Origin: Octopus sinensis
Taxonomy: Eukaryota
DNA length: 57,804 nt
Direction: 5' to 3'
NCBI RefSeq assembly: GCF_006345805.1
Contig: NW_021835544.1
Coordinates: 1 to 57,804 of the forward strand
This document shows, piece after piece, positions 13,033 to 25,388 of this stretch (within the stretch, counting starts at the first letter, position 1; every line of letters starts with the position of its first letter). Made by a program: the position numbers and the translations under genes. The notes beneath the pieces are model-generated. The model ran no database searches, was not told where the DNA came from, and saw only the letters and a program-made list of their open reading frames with translations.

Positions 13033-13159
13033 TGCCCTGCTCTGTCACTCATAATAATAATAATAATAGGCAAATTATCCAAATCCAAAAGAATTCCTCT
13101 CAACACATGACTACGATGATTACTTTTGGTCATGATCAAAGATTATTATTATTAATATT

Positions 13160-13560
13160 ATGGCGGTGTGCTGGCAGAATCGTTAGCACGCTGGATGAAA
13201 TGAGTTCAAATTCCGCCGAGGTCGACTTTGTTTTTCATTCTTTCACGGTCGATTAAATAACTACCATTTAAGCCCTGGGGATGATTTAATTAATTTAATC
13301 CCCTTTCCCAAGCTGCCCTTGAGGCAAAAACATTGAAATCATTACTATTATTGTTATTAAGGCGGCGAGCTGGCAGAATCGTTAGCACGCTGAACGAAAT
13401 GCTTAGCGGTATGTCGTCCGTCTTTACGTTCTGAGTTCAAATTAAACCGAGGTCCACTTTGCATTTCGTCCTTTCGTGGTTGACAAAATAAACACCAGTT
13501 GATCTCGGGGGTCGATGAAGTCATTTTCCCTCTCCCTCGACATTGCTGGCATTGTGCCAG
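13160..13560 (+). mobile_element. Two adjacent family B SINE copies (degenerate ~13160-13330; ~13358-13560)
   Basis: ggcggcgagctggcagaatcgttagcacg...gttctgagttcaaatt...gaggtc.actttgc, homologous to 6233 and 48275. Confidence 0.75.
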
Positions 13561-14608
13561 AATTTTAATCGATTTTAGATATTCCCTAATGCTTGATACA
13601 ATGACGAGGATTATTGCTGGAACATCTTTCATAACAGGTGTTCTCAACCAAGGCTAACCTGGGGCTAATCACCACCAACAACAACAACATCTACATCATC
13701 AATATCACCATCGACAACAGCAATATGAATAGCCGTAACAATCTAAATGAAAACGGCAGCAAGAACGACAGCAGCAGCAACAAGAACAACCACAACGACT
13801 CTGTGATCACCGTGACCGACCAGGCTATCAGATGTTGCTACACATCGCTGGTCACAATGCGCTTCGCATTGTTTTAGCCTTCAAATGACGCCATCCCGCT
13901 GGCTAAGCAAGCAGGCCAACAGAAGAAAGAGTGAGAGAAAGACGTGGCGAAAGAGTACAGCAGGGTTCATATGTGTATTCATTTTTGTGTATGCATGTGT
14001 GTGTATGCGTATATAAACGTGTGCGGGTATGTACATATATGGGCGTGTGTGTGTATGAGTGCATAAAGGCATGTCCGTATATGAACGTGGTTTTTACGCT
14101 TTGTATACTTCCTTATGTTTTTTTCTGTTACTTTTAACCATGTTTTTTCTTGTGCTTGTGCGTATATAGACGTATGAACTTTTACGGTACGCGTGTGTAT
14201 GTATGAGTTTGTATATATATATATGCGTATACATTTGGCGAAAAATGCGAGTGAAGATGTGTACGTTTTCATAGTGACGTATAAGTACGCACGTGGGTCC
14301 GATGGCGCACATGTGAGCGTATGAGTAGCCATGTTTACGTATTTACTATGAACTTTTAATCTTAATCTTAATTTATATAAGTAGCAGAATAACAGTAATT
14401 TCCCTTTATATAACGGTTTTTTTTCATAGCGTTTTTCAGATGGCCAGATAACCGAAGAGATGGTGTTGTGGATTTCCACTTCGGCATCTAAAACTCAGAG
14501 TTTTATCTTGACTATTGAGTAATTGTAACATATTATTTTATAGATAAATTTCCTCTATTTACATAATATTGAGGTATCTTTCTTTCTTTTGTTATCTTAC
14601 CGTTTTTA

Positions 14609-14667
<59 letters not shown>

Positions 14668-15219
14668 ACAAGTTGCTTAAACCACATACTGAAAAAATTA
14701 GAAATAGCAGTCAAAGGGCTATTTCTAATTTTTTCGGTATCTGGTTAAGCAACTTGTTACAAAAAACCCTTATTATAATTATATAAATTTTTACCGAATA
14801 TGGTCCTTTCCATACCGAAATACTACTAGGTGAAATTTATTGATTTTATTAACTTAATTATATTTCACCCTTTATCATCTCCTCTCTCCCCTCCACCTCA
14901 TCTCTCTTCCCTCCTCCACTCTTCTCTTCTCTTCTCTCCCCCTTTCACTCTCCCCACAACCCCCACTCTACTCCAACCCCCAGCCGAACCCACACCCCAC
15001 ATGGGCTTTCCCACCTCCCACCACATACACTACACTACACCATACGACATTACACATCACATCATACATACACACGTCCAGACCTTTCATACGCACATAC
15101 ATACTCTCTCATACACACACGCACCCTTATGTTGGGGCGAGGTCATTTGACCTTGTTATCTCCCCTACTATCCCTCTTGCGTCTAACGTCTGATCTCTGA
15201 CTTCTGGCCTAAATCAGAC

Positions 15220-15432
15220 CGCCATGTTAAATCGTTATCTCCTGCACGCATTTTTTCTCTCTCTCCTTGTTTCTCTCCTTGTTTCTTTTCTGTGTATCTT
15301 TCTGTTGAAGAGCGTAGGCACGAAACGTAAAAGACTTGTTTTATTTATATTCCTGAGCGCCACACTAATACAATTGTTTGTTTGTACTCCACCTGTCTTC
15401 GTCTTTTGTTTAGTTTCATAAAGCTTACCGTT
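15220..15432 (+). mobile_element. Short non-autonomous repeat carrying a hammerhead-like motif (related copy at ~26640-26826, minus strand)
   Basis: Shared sequence gaagagcgtaggc.cgaaac.taaaagact...ctgtcttcgtcttttgt with the reverse complement of 26640-26826; ends at a (TA)n tract. Confidence 0.65.
15297..15334 (+). ncRNA. Minimal hammerhead-like motif, core CUGUUGA (A6>U variant)
   Basis: tcttt-CTGTTGA-a-gagc-gtag-gcac-GAAA-CG-T-A-aaaga: perfect 5-bp stem I. Stem II is GAGC/GCTC in the 26.7 kb copy. Confidence 0.45.
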
Positions 15433-15438
15433 ATATAT

Positions 15439-15464
<26 letters not shown>

Positions 15465-15474
<10 letters not shown>

Positions 15475-15847
15475 AACGGCAGTTTGTCTGTGCGTTTTCT
15501 GTGTGTCTGTTAGGTTGTACCCTCACCCTGACCACGGCTTTCAACCGATTCTGATGAAACTTGACACACACACATAGCCCAATGTCATAATTCAAAACTA
15601 ACGCAGCGAAAATTTTGAAAAGTTCCCCCAGTTCTGAAAAAAATCGATAAATTCGACATGGGGTCGAGAATCAGAAACCCAAACCACAGACCGTCTAGGG
15701 GGACGCAACTCCACCTTTTTTAACTCTCAAAAAAAATTTACCATCATTTTTTTTCCATTTTTTTGCTATTTTTTGGCTATAACTCTCTAAAAATGCTTTA
15801 TAGTTATTTCCCTTACAAACCTGAGCAACGCCGGGCGATACTGCTAG
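15465..15847 (+). mobile_element. Non-autonomous Helitron-like element
   Basis: The 3' end has a GC hairpin (cctgagcaacgccggg) followed by actgCTAG|T. The 5' start (tatataaacggcagtttgtctgtg) merges into a (TA)n tract. The 3' end matches those at 35957 and 53433. Confidence 0.75.
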
Positions 15848-16159
15848 TATATATATACACACACTATATACCACACTTGTGATCTTGTATTTTTAAGTTC
15901 AGACCACCTCTTCTAAAATTCATTTCTTGAAGAAATTGTTAACAACTTGGAGAATAATTTGTATGAGATACGATAATATATTATAAAAATACACACAGAC
16001 CCTTGTTTTTTTCTAATTGGAACCATTTACTAATAAATGGAACAAATTGTTCCAGAAATCTCAGGAGACTTGACTGATTTATTTTCATATTTTATATTCC
16101 TGTTAAGATTTGTGTTTACGATTCACTGATGCTTTTGTGAAACACGCCTCAAGTATGCC

Positions 16160-16663
16160 TTACACACACATACTCTCACGCGCATGCAGATACACACACG
16201 CGCACGCAGTTACACTCACATAAAAACACACGCACGCAGGCAGACACACATTCACACACGCACCACGCAGACAAACACATGCACCCACGTGTACATAAAA
16301 ATGGATACACACACGTACGCATGCGTGCACACGTACACACACACGCAGATACACACGCGCGCAGATACACACGCGCGCAGACACACACACACACCCGCAT
16401 GCACACACACACACGGATGTACATAAAAATGTTTGTTATGTACATTCAAACACACACACAACCATACCCCCCCACACACACGCGCGCAGACACACACACA
16501 CGCAGACACACACACACACACGCAGACACACACGCAGACACGCACACACACAGTCACACACGCAGACATGCACACACACACACGCATGCAGATACACACG
16601 CACCCACATGCACGCACACACAATTACATAAAAATGGATGTTATATACATTCCAGACACACAT

Positions 16664-16699
<36 letters not shown>

Positions 16700-16915
16700 G
16701 CAGACACACACACGCAGACATACACACACACAGTCACACACGCACGCACAAACACACACGCATGCAGATACACACACACATGCACACACACATACACACG
16801 CATGCAGACACAGACACACACACCCACTTGCACGCACACACATGTACATAATGGATGTTATATACGCTCCAGACACACACACACACACACACAAATACGC
16901 GCACGCGCACACACA
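16160..16915. repeat. CA-rich compound minisatellite with four recurring ACATAA(AA)ATG anchors
   Basis: Anchors near 16292, 16421, 16627 and 16847, separated by CA/CACG repeats. Confidence 0.8.
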
Positions 16916-17079
16916 CTCAAATTCTAGTTGAAGGCCAGAAATCTTAAGGGCCGGGTTGACTGATAATTATCGACTCCCAAACGATAAAAAGACAAATCTA
17001 CCTCAACGGAATTTGAAACCGTTTGAAGATTCTATCCCGTAATGAAACTAACAGTCAATGCGAGGCATTAAACATTCAC

Positions 17080-17367
17080 GGTCGGTAAGGTCGTGAGTTC
17101 AATTCTCGGCGACCTGTTCTGTCCTTGAGCAAGACACTTTATTTCACGTTGCTCCAGTCCTCTTAGCTGGCAAAATTGAGTTGTACCCGTAATTCAAAGA
17201 GGCCACCCTTGTTACATTCGGTATGACACTGAGTCACCCTGAGAACTATGTGAAGGGTACGCGTGTCTGCGGAATACTCAGCCACATGCATGTTAATTTC
17301 ACGAACAGGCTGTTCCGACAGTCGGATCAACTGGAACCCTCGTCGTCGTAACCGACGGAGAGCCAGA
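17080..17367 (+). mobile_element. tRNA-derived SINE, family E (second copy ~51098-51405, minus strand)
   Basis: gtgagttcaattc...ttgagcaagacactttatttcacgttgctccagtc...gtcgtcgtaaccgacggag, matching the reverse complement of 51098-51405. Confidence 0.75.
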
Positions 17368-18029
17368 ATAGATTCTGTGGTTGTGTGTGTATGTGTGTGT
17401 GTGATATATGTGATGGTATGTATGTGTGTGTGATGGTATGTGTGTGTGATGGTGTGTATGTGTGTGTGATGGTATGTGTATGTGTGTGAGGATGTATTTG
17501 ATGGTATGTGTGTGTGTGTGATGGTATGTGCATGTGTGTGAGGATGTGTGTATGTGTGATTGTATGTGTGTGTGTGTGTGATGGAATGTGTATGTGTGTG
17601 AGGATGTGTGCATGTGTGATTGTATGTGTGTGTGTGTGTGTGTGATGGAATGTGTATGTGTGTGAGGATGTGTGCATGTGTGATGGTGTGTATGTGTGAT
17701 GATGATGATGATGATGTGTGTGTGTGTCTATGTGTCCGTGTATGCGTATATATAAATATATATGTGTGTTTGTGTGTGAGCACTCATGGGCTTTAATACC
17801 CCTATCCTTTTATCCTCCAGCCTCGGCATCATATATCTTAGCGTACCCTTAATTCCTAAAGCACGGCTTTATCGCTGTATTTCACGTCACATTGTCAGAC
17901 CTCCGTTGAGGGCATACGAAGGCTTCTAAAACTTTTAGGGTTGGCAATATAATTTTAGAATTACGGAGATGTACTTGCATAGCAAGTGCCCTGATCTAAG
18001 ATCGTGTGCTGGAACAAAACCATTCTTTT

Positions 18030-18405
18030 CTATTCTAGGCACAAGGCCCAAAATTTTTGGGGAGGGGGATAGTCGATTAGATCGACTCCTGGACGCAACT
18101 GGTACTTACTTTATCGACCCCGTAAGGATGAAAGGCAAAGTCGACCTCGGCGGAATTTGAACTCAGAACGTAAAGACACACGAAATACCTATTTCTATTT
18201 CTTTACTTCCTACAAGAGGCTAAACACAGAGAGGACTAACAAGGACAGACAAACGGATTAAGTCGATTTTATCGACCCCAGTGCGTAACTGGTACTTATT
18301 TAATCGACCCCGAAAGGATGAAAGGCAAAGTCGACCTCGGCGGAATTTGAACTCAGAACATAACGGCAGACGAAATACGGCTACGCATTTCGCCCGGCGT
18401 GCTCG
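18030..18405 (-). mobile_element. Family B SINE with internal partial duplication
   Basis: The segment atcgacccc..aaggatgaaaggcaaagtcgacctcggcggaatttgaactcagaac occurs twice (~18113 and ~18304). Confidence 0.85.
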
Positions 18406-18424
18406 CCGCATTTGAAACAAAAAA

Positions 18425-18660
18425 ATTGCTGCGTGGAAAGTGTTTATACACCATTTAAAAACACACAAAAACCGTTAGATTCACTTCAACATTTAAATTT
18501 AATTTGTCAAAATATTTTCGTTGCTTTGAGACCTCGACCTGTTCACTGACAAAATTCAAGGCCAGGAAAATATTTTGACAAATTAAATTTAAATGTTGAA
18601 GAGAATCTAACGGTTTTTGTGTATTTTTAAATGGCTTATAAATACCTTCCACATTGCAAT
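18425..18660. repeat. ~235 bp imperfect palindrome (fold-back/MITE-like)
   Basis: The arm ccatttaaaaacacacaaaaaccgttagattcacttcaacatttaaatttaatttgtcaaaatattttc is mirrored by gaaaatattttgacaaattaaatttaaatgttgaagagaatctaacggtttttgtgtatttttaaatgg. Confidence 0.85.
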
Positions 18661-18710
18661 ATAATTTTATTTCGCTTTCATTTTTCATGGCCTTTAACAA
18701 ACCTCGTACG

Positions 18711-19100
18711 CAGGCGTGGCTGTGTTGCTACGAAGCTTGTTTCTCAACCACATGGTTCTAGGTTCAGTCTCTCTGCATGGCACCTTGGGTAGGTGTCTTC
18801 TACTATAGCCTAGGGCTAACCAAAGACGTGTTAGTGGATTCGGTGGATGGAAACTGAAAGAAGCTCGTCGTCCATATTCACGTGTGTGTATGTGTATGTG
18901 CGTCTATATTTGTCCCCTACCAACGCTTGACAGCTGCAGTTTTGGTGTGTTTACGTCCCCGTAACTTAGCAGTTCGGCAAAAGAGTCCGATAGAATTAGT
19001 AACAGGCTTCCAGAAGCTAATAAGTGTTGGAGTCGATTCATTCGACTAGAGGCGGCGCCCCAGCATAGCCGCAGTCTAATGAATGAAACAATTAAAAGAT
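18711..19100 (+). mobile_element. tRNA-derived SINE, family A
   Basis: Head and tail homologous to 5616-6010 and 39116-39463. Confidence 0.8.
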
Positions 19101-19684
19101 ACACGCATTTATGTACTCTCGGCTCACACGTAAGCAGACACCCGTATAGACATACACCCACCCCAACGCATAAAAGAAAAACAACCAACAAAATACCCGC
19201 CAAATTCCCTCTGCGTTTATTCGGTTTCGCTCTGATATTACCTTCATTTTTTTTAAATTTCACCGCCTGAAGGTTCTAACCGGAAACGAAACTACGAGTC
19301 ACTGCGAGGCATTAAACAATCGCAAGAAAGTATAATGCATATTTGTATTGGCTTATCTCTAAGTAGTACTCATTACACTCGCGTTGCTCCTTATATGAGT
19401 GTGTGTGTGTATGTGTAAGTGCGCGCGCGCGTGTGTTTGCGTGCGCGTGTGTTTGCGTGCGCGTGTATACGGAGAGAAAGGATGGGTTTGATAAATACAC
19501 ATGTACACGCGTACACACTCACATACTGTTCTCTCAAACTCATATAATATACATACATACATACGATATATATATATATATATAGATATATATATATAAT
19601 ATATATATATAATATATATATAATATATATATATATCAAAAAGGTACATACATGCATACATACATATACATATTATATACACAT

Positions 19685-19729
<45 letters not shown>

Positions 19730-19770
19730 CATAGATGCATGCATACATACATACATACATACATGCATAC

Positions 19771-19801
<31 letters not shown>

Positions 19802-19809
19802 CATACTAT

Positions 19810-19840
<31 letters not shown>

Positions 19841-19844
19841 CATG

Positions 19845-19893
<49 letters not shown>

Positions 19894-20295
19894 ATATATA
19901 TATGTACGAGTATATATCTGTGTACACACACAGAAATATATATTCACACACATATGCATATATCTACGCGCACACACCACTCTTGTACGCTTCTGTGTGG
20001 TATATGTGTTTGTATGTATGTAAATGCATAAGGAAAGAAAGGAAGGAAGAAGGAGATCAAGAAAGAAATAGGAAAGGAAAAGAAAGTTAAATATTTGAAG
20101 GAAATATAGGGGTGGCATTTGTGTTGATGGGTGGCCGGGTGGAGGGGTTTGTTGAAATGTCTAAAACAGAAGCAGAAAGATGAACCATTAACTTCAAACA
20201 GAATGGAAAACAGATGAGAGCTCGATGAAGCTGGAGGGAAGAAGGAAGGGCACTAGGTGTGATGGAGATGGGGAAGAGGGTCACGCGCGCGGGTG

Positions 20296-20332
<37 letters not shown>

Positions 20333-20580
20333 AGAGCAAGGATGAGATTAGGGATTAGTGGAGGATAGATAGAATGATGGATAGATAGTATAGGTAGATA
20401 GGTAGACAGACAGGCAGACAGCAGACAGACGGAAAAGGTAAACAGCTAGCTGGCTATAGATATAGACATATAGAGGGATAGATAGATAGATGGATAGATA
20501 ATATATATACATACATATATATATAGAGAGAGAGAGAGAGTGAGAGAGACACAGAGAGAGACAGAGACAGAGAGAGAAAT

Positions 20581-20649
<69 letters not shown>

Positions 20650-20924
20650 TCAAAATAAGCAACAATGATATCCTGAGGTAATGTAGTACGATCGTTTCAT
20701 GCGACTCCATTTAATTGAACAATGCAATCATTTCACTTTATCAGTTTAAAATGTAGAGCAATCTTCAGCTGCACAAAGACATACCTCTGGATATCCTTGT
20801 TGCGTATTTTGATTTTAAATATCTTATTTTGAAAATTATGGATAATACCATAATAAATTCTGGTGCCTCAATTTAGTACCATATTCATCTGAATTTAGAT
20901 ACATGGATAGACATACAGACAAGC

Positions 20925-21013
<89 letters not shown>

Positions 21014-21418
21014 TAAATAGATAGATAGATAGATAGATAGATATGTTTCTTTATTAGCCACACAGGGTTGCACACAGACGGGACAAATTACAAGGTAGAG
21101 CTTTTCTTTTTGTGGATAAAAAAAAAAGCGTGGGTTGGTTTTCGATTAAAAGAGATCGTAAATGGAAAGAAAGAGGAGAGCAAAAAATAAATAAAAGCAA
21201 AAAAAAAGGGGTGAAAATAGAAATAAAAGGAAAAAGAAAAAATCGATCAATAGTGATCGTTATCACAGAAATGTCAATATGAAGTGTAAAGAGGAGGACA
21301 GGTGAGGTTTACCCGTGGAAAGAAAAGCCTACGGAAAAGACCACGGTAACCTCGGTCAATGAAGTCACATGTTATATTTTTTTACAAATAAGCAACTCTC
21401 TGTATTAATTTTTACGGT

Positions 21419-24400
21419 TCATAGGACCATAGTCAAGGTGGCTTCGTCATTCATACGTGCCATCCTTGCTACATTCACCCATCTTTTTTTAAAACATTCA
21501 CTAGACAAAACTTGCCTCTCTACTTTCACTTTCCTCTTCAAGTGATACTTGAAGAAGTTGATGAGAGATTGGCCAGAGGGGAAAGTGTTTGTCTCTAATC
21601 CTTTCAGGCGCGTCCACCAGATACATTCTTTCGCCATAGCCAAGGAAGGAGGCGTGACAATATCGACGATAGACTCGGCTGATAAACCGACAAATCCCAC
21701 ACGTGACAGCAGTCGTTCGACATAAGCCCACAGGTCGGAGATTGTTGGTCACTGCACGATTGCGTGCAAAACGGTTTCGTCGCTCTGACCGCATCTCGGG
21801 CAGGTCGGCCCCGTGTTTCTCGAGCCATGTCTATAGAGCTTATCCCGAACGGGTAGCGCTTCTCGGTAGCACTGCCAGGCCAGGGATCTCTGGAAGTTGT
21901 CCATAGGTCCCGGCCCGATAGTCGTCTCAGACAGGCGGGTCAGGTATTCTTCGTCGACGTTCAGGTTCGCCCGAAGAACGTCGTCGTACCTCCCCTCCAC
22001 TAATCCCCTATAGAATGCTTGTGTTGTGTTGAAGTCACTGAGAGTCGACCTGGGACGGCATAGTTGCTTGAGAGCAACGCGACACTCGCGGTGCCATTCG
22101 CCCTTCCTCGGCCTCTTTTTGATCCACGACTGCAGTTCTGTCATGGAGACGAGTTGCGGGAAAGCGTGCCTCACAAACGGCGACCACACCTGTTCACCGT
22201 CGTCTACATAGAGCCGGAGATGTCGCAGACTCAGCGCGTGTCTGCGCATCATCAACCACGGCATGCCCAGCCTTCCTTTTAACGGGTGTTGACAGCAAAT
22301 GGATCGCCTGACCATCGGGACGCATCCTTTCCACAAGAAGCGGAAGAGAATGCGTTCTAGTTTGGTGATGGTAGGGTCGGGACAAGGTACGACTGTCAGG
22401 CGGTAGTAGATGATGGACGCGATGTACGTGTTCGCCACCTCCGCCCGACCTTTTAGGGACAGTTTCCTCTCGGCCCATTGCCGAGCGAGAGTGACCACCC
22501 TACTCGTTCTCTCGTTCCAGTTCTTCTTCATTTGGAGGTCCGGACCGAACCAGACCCCGAGCAACTCAACCGGGCCGTCCGTCCAGCGTCCCACGACGGA
22601 GGTACTGGTGGACGGCATGGGCTTGCCTCTCCAGGTGCCGAGCCGCAAGTCCACTGACTTTTCCCGGTTGATTTTCGCTCCTGTCACCGCTTCGTAGTAT
22701 TTCAGTGTCTCGCCGACCAGCTCGATGTGCTCGTGGCTTGACACTATGATGGTGACGTCGTCCGCGTATGCAGACACGCTCGACCCGCATCCCAATTCTC
22801 ACGGGATGCTCCTCAGAGTCGCCAGCTTTCGCAGTAGTGGCTCGAGAGTCAATACGTATAGAAGCGACGAGAGGAGGCATCCCTGACGGACCGAACGTGC
22901 AATGTCGAAAGGTCTCGATAGATGTCCATTTACGCGAATTACTGTACAAAGCAACTATCCAGCCGCGGAAGACGGGACCGAGACCAGCCGCTCTCAGGAT
23001 TGCCTCCAAGTATCGATGGTCTACCCTATGGAAAGCTTTCGAATGATCCAAATTGATCAGCGCCCCACCCATTCCAGGTTCCTTAACTACTCTGTCTATG
23101 ATGTAGCGCATCAGATGGAGGTTGTCATGGATGCTTCGGCCCGGCACGGCACACGTTTGCGCCTTGTCGACCAGTTTCTCGGTGACAAGCGCCAACCTCT
23201 TGGCTAACACCTTGGCCAAAATTTTCAGGTCTGCATTGAGCAGAGTGATTGGTCTAAAGTTATCCATAATGTCCCTCTTGTTTGGATCTTTCTTCAGCAG
23301 CGTTACGGCTCCACGACTCGCAAAACCGGGTATGCTCCCGTTTTGCTGCCAGTTGCAGTATACTGCTGCCAAGACGTCTCCAAACGAGTCGGCATACAAT
23401 TGTAAAACTCGTAGGGCAGACCATCCAAACCCGGTGATTTGTCCCTCGAGCATTCTTCATTGCGTCCCGCATATCCGCCGCCGTGATGGTACCCTCGCAG
23501 CACTCTGCCTCTCTTACCGAGAGTCGTGGCAGGCTGTGCAGGTAAGCACTGAAGTCCACCCCGCGTTCACGCTCGCCACTCGTCCCGTACAGTCGGGCAA
23601 ATTGCCGCTGAAATGCCTCGCACATCTTGCTGGGCTCGAGCAATTCGCGCCCTTGTTCATCTATCAGAGACCGAATGGTGGATTTGTTACCCTGCTGCGC
23701 CTTCGCCACCCGGACCTTTCTCGCGGTTCCAACACCTTCCATCCTTAGAGCACGCATCCTAGCCCTGACAACACACCCTTCGTGTTTGGCGTTGAAGTGT
23801 TGGTCGAGGGCCAACCTCGCCGCTAAAACGTTGGGTGTGATGCCGCTTCTTATTGCCTCTTCTAACTTCTTAACTAACTCACCCTCTACCCTATTTCTGT
23901 TTACGGCTAGTGCCTTGCTATATCTAATTGCTTCCGCTTTTACTGCTCTCTTGAGGGCGAACCACCATTTGTTGTTGACGATGGCTCCCGTTAAAGCCCT
24001 CTTTACTAACGTTTTGATGCTGTCTCTGAAAACCTGTCTGGACGGGAATGATGCGTTCAGTTTCCAGTAACCAGAGCCCTGTCTATGTGCCTTATCTAAG
24101 TCTAGCGTACACGTCACGAATTTGTGATCCATGTAGCTGACTGTGTGGAATTGTGGACATCCTAACTTATCCCTGTCTACTGTCCTACACAGTATCCTAT
24201 CTAGATACGATCTCGACGACCCACTGCGGTTGCTCCATGTCCACGTTGGTGCATTTGGGTGGTCGAGTCGGTACCTGTCAGACTGTTGGAATCGTCTGAG
24301 CAGGTCTCTGAGGCATTTGCATCCCCTTCTGTTTTTGTCTCTCCCCACATAGTCTAGATGCGTGTCCAAGGTAGCATTCCAATCCCCCACTAAAAGTAAA

Positions 24401-24802
24401 GGACGAGACGTTCCCATGAATACTTCTAGCCGTCGAAGAAATCCGGTCGACCTGTAAAAGGCGGTGCGTAGACTGATACGAGTCGAAAAGCGCACCCATT
24501 GCTGCCGTCGACATCCAGGACGACCAGTCTACCCTCCGGGTTACGAATATCGTCTTGACTTCGAGATCCAGGCTCTTGTGAAAAAGTACCGCGGTGCCAC
24601 TACCGCCCATCCTCGGCAGACAGGGAGAAAAATAAATGTTAAACTGTCAGCCGAACATGGACTTTAGGGCCCGTGGCTCGTGGAGTCTGGGCTCACTTAT
24701 GGCTATGATTCCCAAATCGTGTGACTTGATGTCATTTAGGAGGTACCCTTGTTTCCAAGGAAACCCCAAGCCACGCGCATTCACGCAACCAATCTTGACC
24801 AT
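21419..24802 (-). pseudogene. LINE ORF2 (AP endonuclease-reverse transcriptase), frameshifted
   Basis: APE: MVKIGCVNARGL, LVGDWNATLD, SYLDRIL, YMDHK, GYWKLN. RT: KSPGLDGLPYEFY, NFRPITLLNADLKILAKVLAKRL, LDHSKAFHRVDH, VRQGC, AYADDVT. C-terminus: CPRCGQSDETVLHA. Confidence 0.92.
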
Positions 24803-24806
24803 GATC

Positions 24807-25388
24807 CTATTGAGGTGTGTGCTTTAAAACACAAAAAGGAAGGTACAGAGAGTTACTTACCTGTGTCGAAAGTTTTGGCTTCCTCGTCCTTTGATGTGTC
24901 TTGGAGGAGGTTTTTATAGAGTATTTTTTATAGATACTTTTGGAACCCCCCAACCGTATTTGGAAAGAGGCTTTGAGTGTATGGTGTTGTGTTTTTGTGA
25001 TGTGTAGTATTTTGATGTGGTTGGGTGGTGTAGTGCGTGGATGGTTGTTAGTTTTGAAGTCATCTTCACAGATGTTTGTGTGGGCTGTGATGTACTCCAT
25101 TAGTTTTGAGTGTTTGGTGTCTATCGCTGATAGCATTGTGTGTTTTTGTGGTGTCGGTGCTGGTTTGGTTGTGTAAGGAGTTTTCTGAGTTCAAATATCT
25201 CCCTGCTTTGGTTGCATTTTCTTGTTTGTTTTTTTTATCTTTTTCTTTTATCCCCGGTGGCTATTTGCCATTCTGTCGAACTTTCGTCGTTAGACGAAAA
25301 GTCTGACGAATCAGAAGGGGGTAAAGGCACAGCATTTGCGTCTATATGTGTGTTTGTAGAAGGTGTTATTGTTATACACCTTTTAGAC
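24807..25388 (-). pseudogene. Short ORF1-like reading frame (~190 codons, one internal TGA)
   Basis: MSKRCITITPSTNTHIDANAVPLPPSDSSDFSSNDESSTEWQIATGDKRKDKK..GDI*TQKTP.. continues in frame into ORF 24807-25136. No zinc knuckle is recognisable, so the assignment is positional only. Confidence 0.4.

Noticed and set aside
16160-17700. Regularly spaced anchors suggesting a CRISPR-like array
   Set aside because: The context is eukaryotic, the spacers are CA/GT microsatellite of variable length, and there are no cas genes.
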